Positions 9,395-16,870 of a stretch of 64,000 bases of DNA are shown piece by piece. Every line of letters starts with the position of its first letter. The stretch's first letter is position 1. The stretch is from a virus, in the IMG/VR virus record IMGVR_UViG_3300011116_000416, positions 1 to 64,000 of that record; one strand, given 5' to 3'. The notes under the pieces are model-generated. The model saw only the letters and a program-made list of their open reading frames with translations. It was not told the DNA's origin and did not search any database. A program made the translations under genes and the position numbers.

Positions 9395-9631
9395 ATGCCT
9401 AAAATTTATAGAGCACAAATCATCTGGGACTTTGAAGTGGATGATGATGGATACGTTGAAAGCGAACGTGAGTATCTGGACTATGAACTTGAAGATGGTG
9501 AAACTCTGGAACCACGCACCGAAGAACAAATCATCAACTATGCTCGTAGTGAACTAGTAGAAGCACTATACAATGGTGTCAAATACAATGACCTATACAA
9601 TATGGTTGATGTGGTGGTAGTAAATGAGTGA
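9395..9631 (+). CDS. Hypothetical early protein
   Basis: ORF track, ATG 9395. Confidence 0.6.
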   Translation: MPKIYRAQIIWDFEVDDDGYVESEREYLDYELEDGETLEPRTEEQIINYARSELVEALYNGVKYNDLYNMVDVVVVNE

Positions 9632-9872
9632 AATGTCAGATAAAGAACTAGTCTTGTCTATGATTGACAACTTTCAAAAAATCAAGGGCATTGACAATTT
9701 GCCAACATCACAAGTATTAGAACTAATTAGAAAAAGATTGAATGCAACACCAGAAGAAATGGCGTTCATCCAACATGCACGAGAAGTTCTAAAGGAAGTA
9801 TGACGTGGACGGTTACCTTTCTTAGCGTTATGATTCTTATATGGCTTATTCGACAATAAGGGATAATAGGGG

Positions 9873-9910
9873 ACCAGGGTGGTTGGAGCTTTCTAACTGC
9901 CCTGGTTTTT
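9873..9910 (+). terminator. Intrinsic terminator
   Basis: ACCAGGGTGGTTGGA...TCTAACTGCCCTGGT hairpin followed by TTTTT. Confidence 0.6.
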
Positions 9911-10045
9911 GCCGACCACTTTACATAATAATTTTATTAGAGATAAAAAGTTTATTACGAACATGTAACAAAATCCCCTAAACTATTGACTTTACGATGA
10001 TTAGACGGTATCCTTGAAATATAAACCTAGAGAAAGAGAAACCCT

Positions 10046-10594
10046 ATGCATGTAATGCAATACCTGCTCACTGAAGTTGAGCGTATGGATGAACAAACTG
10101 TTGAAGATATTGAGCAAGAAGCCATTAGTCATGTCAATGCTTGGCTAGACCTAGAAGCAGATGGTAATGGCTTTGTTGGTGGCTGGTCTGATGGTTGCAC
10201 TGTTGGCGGTAGATGGGCTGATGTTCCTATCCTTATTTATTCTGACGAGAATGCTTGTGAGTTCTTAGAAGCATTAGATATGCTAGACCTAAAGCAGCGA
10301 AGTCAGTTCAACGAGTATTTTGCTGAGTTTGATTTTCCTACTATCAACAGTCTTATGGTAAAGTATTCTAATGGTGAAGATGTTGAATACCGTGAAATTA
10401 TTGAAGCCAATGTATCTAGTTTGTCAGGAGCATTGAAGATTATGCGTGGCTACTGGAACTGGGATAGTGGCTATTACGATACCATTGACTATACCATCAA
10501 GACTGAGCCTTTACGAGCAAGGCTAAAAAAAGCTATTGACAACAATGATACTACTATGATACAATGTTTAGTGCCAGTAGATTTCCACTTCTAA
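10046..10594 (+). CDS. Hypothetical phage protein (WSD..VGGRW ... VDFHF C-terminus)
   Basis: TTGACT-17-TATCCT promoter at 9986-10014; VGGRW and C-terminal VDxH motifs. Confidence 0.75.
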   Translation: MHVMQYLLTEVERMDEQTVEDIEQEAISHVNAWLDLEADGNGFVGGWSDGCTVGGRWADVPILIYSDENACEFLEALDMLDLKQRSQFNEYFAEFDFPTINSLMVKYSNGEDVEYREIIEANVSSLSGALKIMRGYWNWDSGYYDTIDYTIKTEPLRARLKKAIDNNDTTMIQCLVPVDFHF

Positions 10595-10744
10595 GAGAAA
10601 GACCCCAAATGAAAATACTAGCAAAACCTGAAATGCTTGTAGATGAACTCTATAATGTTATGGATATGCTTGAAGATGTTCAAGACCCTAAAGCAGGGGA
10701 TATCTATCATTATATAAATCAACTTCTATTAGCAGTGGTGGTAG

Positions 10745-11110
10745 ATGATGACTGAACTAACCTACGAAGAATGGTCTGAGAAATACAAGCCTATCAAAAA
10801 TCATTTAGTTACTGATGACACTACATCTTTTGAGACTTATGGCGATGAAGTGTTGTTTGTTTGTGAGCAACCTAACAATACCGTTTGGACTGAGATGGAT
10901 GGTGACGATGGTGTGTACATCGTTACTGGCTATCATTTGGCTAATAGGATTGCTTATTATGTTACCGAAGTACCGTGGACAGATGACGAGTATGTCACGG
11001 TATGCAAGTTTGTCGTATGTGACTGCTATGATGTAGATAACGAAGATGAAGAACCTGACCAAGACTGCGACCTATGTTTTGGTGATGGAACCTACACAGA
11101 TTGGAAATAA
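10745..11110 (+). CDS. Hypothetical phage protein (FETYG motif)
   Basis: ORF track; KYKPIKNH..FETYG..VWT..G.H..NR..Y pattern. Confidence 0.75.
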   Translation: MMTELTYEEWSEKYKPIKNHLVTDDTTSFETYGDEVLFVCEQPNNTVWTEMDGDDGVYIVTGYHLANRIAYYVTEVPWTDDEYVTVCKFVVCDCYDVDNEDEEPDQDCDLCFGDGTYTDWK

Positions 11111-11111
11111 C

Positions 11112-11279
11112 ATGGATGAACTAATTGCTTGGCTTGAAGAGCGACTAAAAGAAAAAGACGCAGAGTTATCTGGTTTAGATAGTGATATAGATGAAGAAGA
11201 TTATTGCTATGCAAAGGGATATATGTATGCTTATCTTAATACACTAATAAAGATAAAGGAAATTACCAATGACAGATAA
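11112..11279 (+). CDS. Hypothetical early protein
   Basis: ATG 11112 in frame with track ORF 11046..11279. Confidence 0.55.
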   Translation: MDELIAWLEERLKEKDAELSGLDSDIDEEDYCYAKGYMYAYLNTLIKIKEITNDR

Positions 11280-11411
11280 ATTTAATAATAATCCTGACTA
11301 CGACCAGGGATGGCAAGAAGCCATTGACCATGTTATTGACATTATTAACGAAATGCAGTATACTTATGATTGGCACAACCCTACACTAGATGAACTGGAG
11401 CAACGAATAGT

Positions 11412-11600
11412 ATGAGAAAATATGTAAAACACCTAAACAACAACGAACTGCTAGAGCGTATGGCAGAAGACCTTGTGTCAATGCACGAGCAAACTGGTAT
11501 TGACTTGGGGTATTGGGAGACAGCCCTAGAAGTTGTAGAACGTTTCTACAATGTATTTGTTGATGTAACAGTTGGTGGAAAGAAGATAGACAATGCCTAA
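11412..11600 (+). CDS. Hypothetical early protein
   Basis: ORF track. Confidence 0.6.
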   Translation: MRKYVKHLNNNELLERMAEDLVSMHEQTGIDLGYWETALEVVERFYNVFVDVTVGGKKIDNA

Positions 11601-11761
11601 ATTTAAAATCTATGCCCTGCGTAAAATCTGGTATGAAGTACCAATTGAAGCAGAAGACGAAGCAGATGCTTTTGATAAGATTGATGACTGGATTTCAGAT
11701 GACTTTGAAGATTTTGAAGTATCTGGTGAGTGGGAATTTGAAGCGGTAGGAGTAGAAGATA

Positions 11762-11959
11762 ATGCGTAAGATGTTTGAAAGTCTAGTTTTAGATAAAGAA
11801 AACTTCGAGTCATACTTTGACCCTGAAGATGGTATTGACATTACTGACGAGTTGTGGGATACTATTATTGACGATGTTGATGGTACTGTTGCTAACTACC
11901 TTGACGAACTGTTAAATAATATTGTTTTAGATATCAAGGAAGGTATTTATAATGCTTAA
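11762..11959 (+). CDS. Hypothetical acidic protein
   Basis: ORF track. Confidence 0.65.
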   Translation: MRKMFESLVLDKENFESYFDPEDGIDITDELWDTIIDDVDGTVANYLDELLNNIVLDIKEGIYNA

Positions 11960-12368
11960 AGATTGGGACCTAAACCTATGGTTCAGAGACTTAGGACGAG
12001 ATGAAGATGGCTTGGACATATTGGACGATGTTATAACTATAAACCCTGCTATCTATATCAACGAACAACCTGATGACTTTTACGGTGCAGTTAATAAAGT
12101 TTATACTGGTATTCTTTATATATGTACCCCAGAAGAAACGGCTAAAATCCGTGCATTCAGGAGCGAACAGGAATACGGTGATGACTGGTTTGACTTTAGA
12201 CAGGACCTATTTGCCCTTGAGATTAGCCAGGGTATTCAGCAGTTCCTAGAAGATTTAGGAGACCCCTATAGCATCAATACAGATGACTATGGAGACCTAT
12301 ATCACATTGATAGTATTAGTAAACTTGATGGGTTGAGAACACTCCCTGTCAATGGTCAGAGCAGTTAG
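11952..12368 (+). CDS. Hypothetical acidic protein
   Basis: ORF track, coupled to upstream gene. Confidence 0.7.
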   Translation: MLKDWDLNLWFRDLGRDEDGLDILDDVITINPAIYINEQPDDFYGAVNKVYTGILYICTPEETAKIRAFRSEQEYGDDWFDFRQDLFALEISQGIQQFLEDLGDPYSINTDDYGDLYHIDSISKLDGLRTLPVNGQSS

Positions 12369-12461
12369 GGGTTTCTGTGTCTGACTATCTGGGGAAGCAT
12401 GGGTAAATTGCTACTTGTGCTTCCCCTACATTTTTGGTATAATTGGACTATTGGAGTATAA

Positions 12462-12662
12462 ATGAGAAGACACATAATAACCAGAGAAGAAAGAGAAGTA
12501 AGTAAATTAGCAAACATTCTAGCAGATTTGAGATTAGACCTAGAACTGATGGGGTATTATCTGGGAATGAATGTCAGTAGCGTAGTGTATAATAGACTAC
12601 AAATCATCAGTGAAACAGCAAAACAAACAAAGGAAAAAGACTATGAGCCAAACGACAGATAA
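12462..12662 (+). CDS. Hypothetical protein
   Basis: TGGTATAAT upstream, GGAG RBS. Confidence 0.65.
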   Translation: MRRHIITREEREVSKLANILADLRLDLELMGYYLGMNVSSVVYNRLQIISETAKQTKEKDYEPNDR

Positions 12663-12906
12663 CGACAAGATTGCTATTCTGGCTGACCTATGGATAAACT
12701 ACCGCAATGACCAGAACTTTGAAGACTTCATTGCTTACAACGATTTAGGTTTGCCACTAGCCTATCTGCTAAACGAAGATGTCGTAGCACCAACACCACG
12801 AGCCCTAATGTTCGTTAGTGAAACATTTGACCTCTTGCTTGCTGGTCTAGAACTAAAAGACACAGGCTTCACAAACTTAGACGAGATGCTAGAAGCAGAA
12901 GAGTAA
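12643..12906 (+). CDS. Hypothetical phage protein (YNDLGLPLAY motif)
   Basis: Embedded promoter 12572, AAGGA RBS. Confidence 0.7.
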   Translation: MSQTTDNDKIAILADLWINYRNDQNFEDFIAYNDLGLPLAYLLNEDVVAPTPRALMFVSETFDLLLAGLELKDTGFTNLDEMLEAEE

Positions 12907-12936
12907 ATGTCAGTGGTAGGTGATAGTGTGGATAGC

Positions 12937-13098
12937 ATGAAGATAGAACTAACCAAAAGAAAAGCAGAAGAACTCGCTGGCAGAGAACTAACAGATAAAG
13001 AGTGGGATTACATCACATCTGGAATAGTCAAATACATAGATGACTATTTTTATGGTGAAATAGACTACTACCTAACCGAGTTAGCAGAAGACTCTTAG
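12937..13098 (+). CDS. Hypothetical early protein
   Basis: Start moved to ATG 12937, after promoter 12908. Confidence 0.6.
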   Translation: MKIELTKRKAEELAGRELTDKEWDYITSGIVKYIDDYFYGEIDYYLTELAEDS

Positions 13099-13153
13099 TC
13101 TTTTCTAGCTTCGGCTGGTCGGCAAAAAATAACAAAATTGTTATAAAACCCTA

Positions 13154-13182
13154 TTGACAAATAGCCATTACGATGGTATAAT
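13154..13182 (+). promoter_or_regulatory. Consensus sigma70/SigA promoter with no convincing downstream ORF
   Basis: TTGACA-17 nt-TATAAT with TG extension. Confidence 0.75.
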
Positions 13183-13570
13183 TGTTATCCCCAAATTTGG
13201 GATATTACGATTTGATAACAATATCCAAATCAGGATAATTTGACATTATGAACCCAAGTCAAAAAATCGTGGAATGTTTTTATATATGTACTATAGGTAT
13301 TACGAACCCTTATTTTATATTCCCTGGCTTTGCCAGCTGCCGAAGGCAGGGTATCCAAACAACCCTTGAACAAATCCCCTATACATATATACACTATATA
13401 AAACATTACGAAGGGCTATTTATTTTCCCCAAATTTGAATATTTTTTATATAAAACTAATTTGTTTTTGATATTTTTTATAACAATTTGAGCAAAAAGCT
13501 TGACAAAATTGCATATTTATGATAGGGGTATTTGGGGATATAAATGTTTGGGGATAAGGGGATTTGGGGG

Positions 13571-13599
13571 TTGACATTACGAACGCCATATGATAAAAT
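13571..13599 (+). promoter_or_regulatory. Sigma70/SigA promoter pointing into the DnaA-box cluster
   Basis: TTGACA-17 nt-TAAAAT with TG extension. Confidence 0.65.
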
Positions 13600-13670
13600 G
13601 TATAATTACACATACCACTATCCTCCATTTCCCTCCATTCTGATATCAAATTATTTCAGTAAGATTTATC

Positions 13671-13940
13671 TGTGGAAAACTATGTGGATAACTATGCTAT
13701 TTCTGTGGATAACTTTATATATTCCTGTGGATAACTTTCAGTATTTTCAGGTAAATCTGGGGTATCTAAACCAAGTTTGTTGTGGATATATCTGTGGATA
13801 TCCATAAAATGTTTTGTATATGAATTAACATATTCTTGACTATATAGGCTATCACACATCTCACAATATAGCTCAAAGCCATCTTGTGTTTTTACATAAA
13901 GTAATATTTGCATATTTTTCAACGGTATTTCTGTGTATAA
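13671..13940. other. DnaA-box cluster, putative replication origin
   Basis: TGTGGAAAA 13671; TGTGGATAA 13683, 13704, 13726; TGTGGATAT 13781, 13793; TGTGTATAA 13932; AT-rich tract at ~13380-13520; strand-switch junction. Confidence 0.6.
13692..13922 (-). CDS. Possible C2H2-like zinc-finger protein overlapping the DnaA boxes
   Basis: CEMC...HFMDIH; coupled to the upstream ORF by ATGA overlap. Confidence 0.4.
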   Translation of the reverse strand: MKNMQILLYVKTQDGFELYCEMCDSLYSQEYVNSYTKHFMDIHRYIHNKLGLDTPDLPENTESYPQEYIKLSTEIA

Positions 13941-14125
13941 CTGTTTACTTTTGTGTCTGTTGGAAAGGGTGTTTTCTTTCTATTCAGGGATAGTCCCATT
14001 ATGTGTTTGTTTGTTTGTATTCCTATACCAAATCCCCATTTCCAGAAAGCAATCTTGATTGGTGGTTGTTTGATTAGTCCTTTACTTAGAATTCTATATT
14101 TATATGTATGTATTCTCTTAGGCAT
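13919..14125 (-). CDS. Small basic hypothetical protein
   Basis: ORF track. Confidence 0.5.
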   Translation of the reverse strand: MPKRIHTYKYRILSKGLIKQPPIKIAFWKWGFGIGIQTNKHIMGLSLNRKKTPFPTDTKVNSYTQKYR

Positions 14126-14126
14126 A

Positions 14127-14333
14127 TTATGAACCTTCTTTCTCTACCCTCGGATTTTTTAGATACTCAATAATATTAGTAATAAGCCCTGCTTCAGCAT
14201 AATAATGCTCTATCAAACATTCATCTGCCATTGCATCTAATTCTTTAAGTATGCGTTCTCTCTCTGCTTGGACACCTTTCTCAAAATCAGGTAGCTCATG
14301 CAGTATTGCATCTAAATCCTTTATCCTTCCCAT
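14127..14333 (-). CDS. Hypothetical protein (GVQAERERI motif)
   Basis: ORF track. Confidence 0.65.
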   Translation of the reverse strand: MGRIKDLDAILHELPDFEKGVQAERERILKELDAMADECLIEHYYAEAGLITNIIEYLKNPRVEKEGS

Positions 14334-14563
14334 CCCACTAACTCCTTATCTTCTTTATGGTTCTTTACGATAGGCAAGATATCTCTTACCTCTAAAGGTG
14401 TTTCTTGAAGCCAATCAATGTTCTCAATATGGCTAGACAAAAGGTCTATGATTTGATTCTTTTGTTCTAGCATACCTGCTTCATAGCCATGCTCCCAACC
14501 CTTGTCATAGGCTTTCTGAACAATGCGTAATCTAAACTTAAATAGATTAAGAAACTTCTTCAT
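14321..14563 (-). CDS. Hypothetical protein (AYDKGWEHGYEAG motif)
   Basis: ORF track; likely start MKKFL. Confidence 0.6.
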   Translation of the reverse strand: MKKFLNLFKFRLRIVQKAYDKGWEHGYEAGMLEQKNQIIDLLSSHIENIDWLQETPLEVRDILPIVKNHKEDKELVGWEG

Positions 14564-14750
14564 TCTTCCCCCTAATTTCAGCAATATAATCTTCAATAGG
14601 TGGATAATCAAGAGATACTTCTTCTAGTAATTTGACTATGCGTTCCTGTTCCTTATTACGAACATACTCCTGAAACTCAGCAACCGCTCTCATATCTTCC
14701 AGGGTTGCTGAACTATCTAACACCAACATACCGTGCTCAAACCTAATCAT
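14547..14750 (-). CDS. Hypothetical protein (EQERIVKLLE motif)
   Basis: ORF track. Confidence 0.65.
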   Translation of the reverse strand: MIRFEHGMLVLDSSATLEDMRAVAEFQEYVRNKEQERIVKLLEEVSLDYPPIEDYIAEIRGKNEEVS

Positions 14751-15250
14751 GCAGCCACCTTAACAAACTTAGGGTCATGTGCAACCCAATAATACTGGCA
14801 AGGCACCTTACGGTCAGGGCAACAAGGCTCACTAATATCAAGCGAATTATAAAAATCACAGTAATACACAGGGTCTTTCTTATATAGATTAGCCCTATGT
14901 GTAGTAGTTAGTCTAGACATTACGAAAGGGTCAGTAAACCACTTGGCTCTTCCATACCCCCACATACTACCAGCCCAAGCCTTAAGTTCCTTAAGATTAG
15001 ACATGTTCTTATCAGTCTTAATACCACGCATATCTGCTTCCTTAACCATAGCCATAATATACAGCCACAGTTGCCCTTCATGCCCACGCCACATCTTAAC
15101 CGCAGGGTGATTACGCCAAGCAGCTTTAGGGTCATCGTTAGACAATACTTTAAGAATTTGATAGCCTTCAAGAATTTGTTTATTTAAGCGTTTGCTATCT
15201 AACGCCTGTGCAGACTTATCGAAGTCTTTAAAAGGTAAAAAGGTTTGCAT
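14747..15250 (-). CDS. Pyrimidine-dimer DNA glycosylase / MSMEG_6728 family (T4 DenV-like)
   Basis: MQTFLP, LDSKRLNKQILE, WRNHPAVKMWRG, HRANL..KDP.YY. Confidence 0.85.
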   Translation of the reverse strand: MQTFLPFKDFDKSAQALDSKRLNKQILEGYQILKVLSNDDPKAAWRNHPAVKMWRGHEGQLWLYIMAMVKEADMRGIKTDKNMSNLKELKAWAGSMWGYGRAKWFTDPFVMSRLTTTHRANLYKKDPVYYCDFYNSLDISEPCCPDRKVPCQYYWVAHDPKFVKVAA

Positions 15251-15387
15251 ACGTTCTCTCTCTCGTTTAATGGACCTTATATATCAATTATAGGGGATAT
15301 TCGCTTGCTTGTCAAGCGGTTAGACCTCCTATTTACCGCCCGACTTTGCCCCTTTACGAACCGAACTTTTAGTGGTATAATGGGGAT

Positions 15388-15579
15388 ATGCCTAACAAGA
15401 CACGCTACCTAATACTTCCTGACCGCATGTATGTGGTTAAATTAGACAATGGCGAGGAAATAGAAGTATCTGGTCTTGACATTATCCAAATGGGACATTC
15501 AGTTAAACGAACCCAAATGATTGTTGAGGCTATGAAACATTTAGAAGATTTAGACGAAACAGGAAGGGCTTGGTTTTAA
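15388..15579 (+). CDS. Hypothetical protein, probably leaderless
   Basis: TGGTATAAT 6 nt upstream of ATG. Confidence 0.65.
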   Translation: MPNKTRYLILPDRMYVVKLDNGEEIEVSGLDIIQMGHSVKRTQMIVEAMKHLEDLDETGRAWF

Positions 15580-15771
15580 ATGAACAAGGCTAAAACAAGA
15601 TTGGCATTCCTAATCCTTTGGGGATTGCTATTTATCTCAGCACAAATACCGCTAATGATAATTTATACTGCTGTAAATTTTGAGCAATACACAGTTGCCG
15701 TCAGCGAAATACTTGCCGCTATCTTTACAGCTATGATTGCAGCAATGATGGTTGTAAAGGAGGACCTATAA
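15580..15771 (+). CDS. Small two-TM membrane protein
   Basis: Two hydrophobic segments. Confidence 0.65.
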   Translation: MNKAKTRLAFLILWGLLFISAQIPLMIIYTAVNFEQYTVAVSEILAAIFTAMIAAMMVVKEDL

Positions 15772-15877
15772 TGGCTAAGAAACCAACAATCAGAAATGCA
15801 GACCGCAACAATGGCAAGGCTTGGAAAAAGCACCCAAAGAAGTTTGACCCTATCAAAAGAAAACTAGTTAGAGCCTA

Positions 15878-16252
15878 ATGCCAGCCAATAGCGATTTTGA
15901 TATTGACCTTAAGTTTGGACAGGAAGGCGAAAACACAGTAGCCAAAATCCTCTCTATCGAAACAGTAGAAGTTAAAAGAGACAAGCGTTGGAAAGAAACA
16001 GGCAACCTATATATCGAAACTGACTGTTGGTACAATGCTTCACAATCCTGGAAGCCATCTGGTCTTAGTGTATCTAAGGCTACCCACTATGCTTTTGTTC
16101 TTGAAAATATGGTGGTCATTACAACTACCCCCGATTTAAAGGCTATTGTCGAAAAGAGTGGCAGAGCTATCGAATGCAAAATTGAACCAAATCCATCTAA
16201 AGGATATTTAATTAAGTTATCTGACATAGTGGAGCATCAACTTGGGCGTTAG
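15878..16252 (+). CDS. PD-(D/E)XK nuclease-like phage protein
   Basis: FDIDL.FG..GE, VEVKRD, TGNLYIE, PSGL..SKA. Confidence 0.65.
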   Translation: MPANSDFDIDLKFGQEGENTVAKILSIETVEVKRDKRWKETGNLYIETDCWYNASQSWKPSGLSVSKATHYAFVLENMVVITTTPDLKAIVEKSGRAIECKIEPNPSKGYLIKLSDIVEHQLGR

Positions 16253-16424
16253 AATTTGTGGCTTCTGCATGACAGGGCATCACCAAAACTGCAAGAAGTC
16301 TATCACCTATTACGAAAAGACATGGGTATGCGAATGCTCATGCAACAATGAGGTATAATTATGTTATGGAAGTTTTTATATTCTGTGTTATTTGCTTTGT
16401 TATTAGTTTGGTATTGATAAGAAA

Positions 16425-16808
16425 ATGATTATCTGCGACATTGATAATACCCTGCTGAGAAATGGTACTCAGCCAATCAAACGCACCATTGACTATATAA
16501 ATTCCCTAAACACAAGAGTCATTATTGTAACTGGTAGAGAGCGTAGCCAAAGAGCCGAAACGGTAAGAGCCTTACGAGAAGCTGGAGTAAAATATAGTTC
16601 CCTTCTTATGAATCCTTACTCATATAAAGAATCAAATAGGTGGAAGGCTGAAACTGCCGAGAAACTAAAAGAAGCAACACTAGCAATTGACGATAACGCA
16701 GGAGCCAGAGCAGCCTACTCAAAGGCTGGTATCAAGGCTATTCATCCTAGCGATGTTCCAGACATGGACAAGTTCTGGACTATTTTTGAAACAGATAGCG
16801 GATATTAA
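16425..16808 (+). CDS. HAD-family phosphatase (polynucleotide kinase 3'-phosphatase-like)
   Basis: DIDNTL, VTGR, K, IDDN HAD motifs. Confidence 0.8.
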   Translation: MIICDIDNTLLRNGTQPIKRTIDYINSLNTRVIIVTGRERSQRAETVRALREAGVKYSSLLMNPYSYKESNRWKAETAEKLKEATLAIDDNAGARAAYSKAGIKAIHPSDVPDMDKFWTIFETDSGY

Positions 16809-16809
16809 G

Positions 16810-16864
16810 ATTAATCTCTAGTTTACTATTCGTTAACTAAGTAAACAAACAAACCCATTACGAT
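16810..16864 (+). promoter_or_regulatory. PHO-box-like 11-nt repeats plus -10 upstream of pstS
   Basis: ATTAAT (16810), GTTTAC (16821), GTTAAC (16832) at 11-nt period; TACGAT at 16859, 6 nt before ATG. Confidence 0.5.
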
Positions 16865-16870
16865 AGAGTT

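Larger units (their letters stand above)
313..12929 (+). promoter_or_regulatory. Dispersed array of 19 phage early promoters TGTCAGTGG-N7-TA(T/A)AAT
   Basis: Motif starts at 313, 508, 822, 1381, 1820, 2011, 2265, 2933, 3428, 3966, 4257 (variant), 4511, 4797, 4970, 5470, 8546, 8844, 12572 (variant), 12908 (weak -10 TAGTGT); fixed 7-nt spacing to a -10 hexamer; each lies upstream of an ORF. Confidence 0.85.

Noticed and set aside
313-12929. CRISPR array or DGR interpretation of the recurring repeats
   Set aside because: Repeats are short, irregularly spaced and separated by whole ORFs; there are no constant-length spacers, no cas operon and no reverse transcriptase
13248-13807. ORFs 13248..13490, 13446..13649 and 13544..13807
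   Set aside because: No RBS, atypical composition, and translation of DnaA boxes (LWIT repeats); probably non-coding origin DNA
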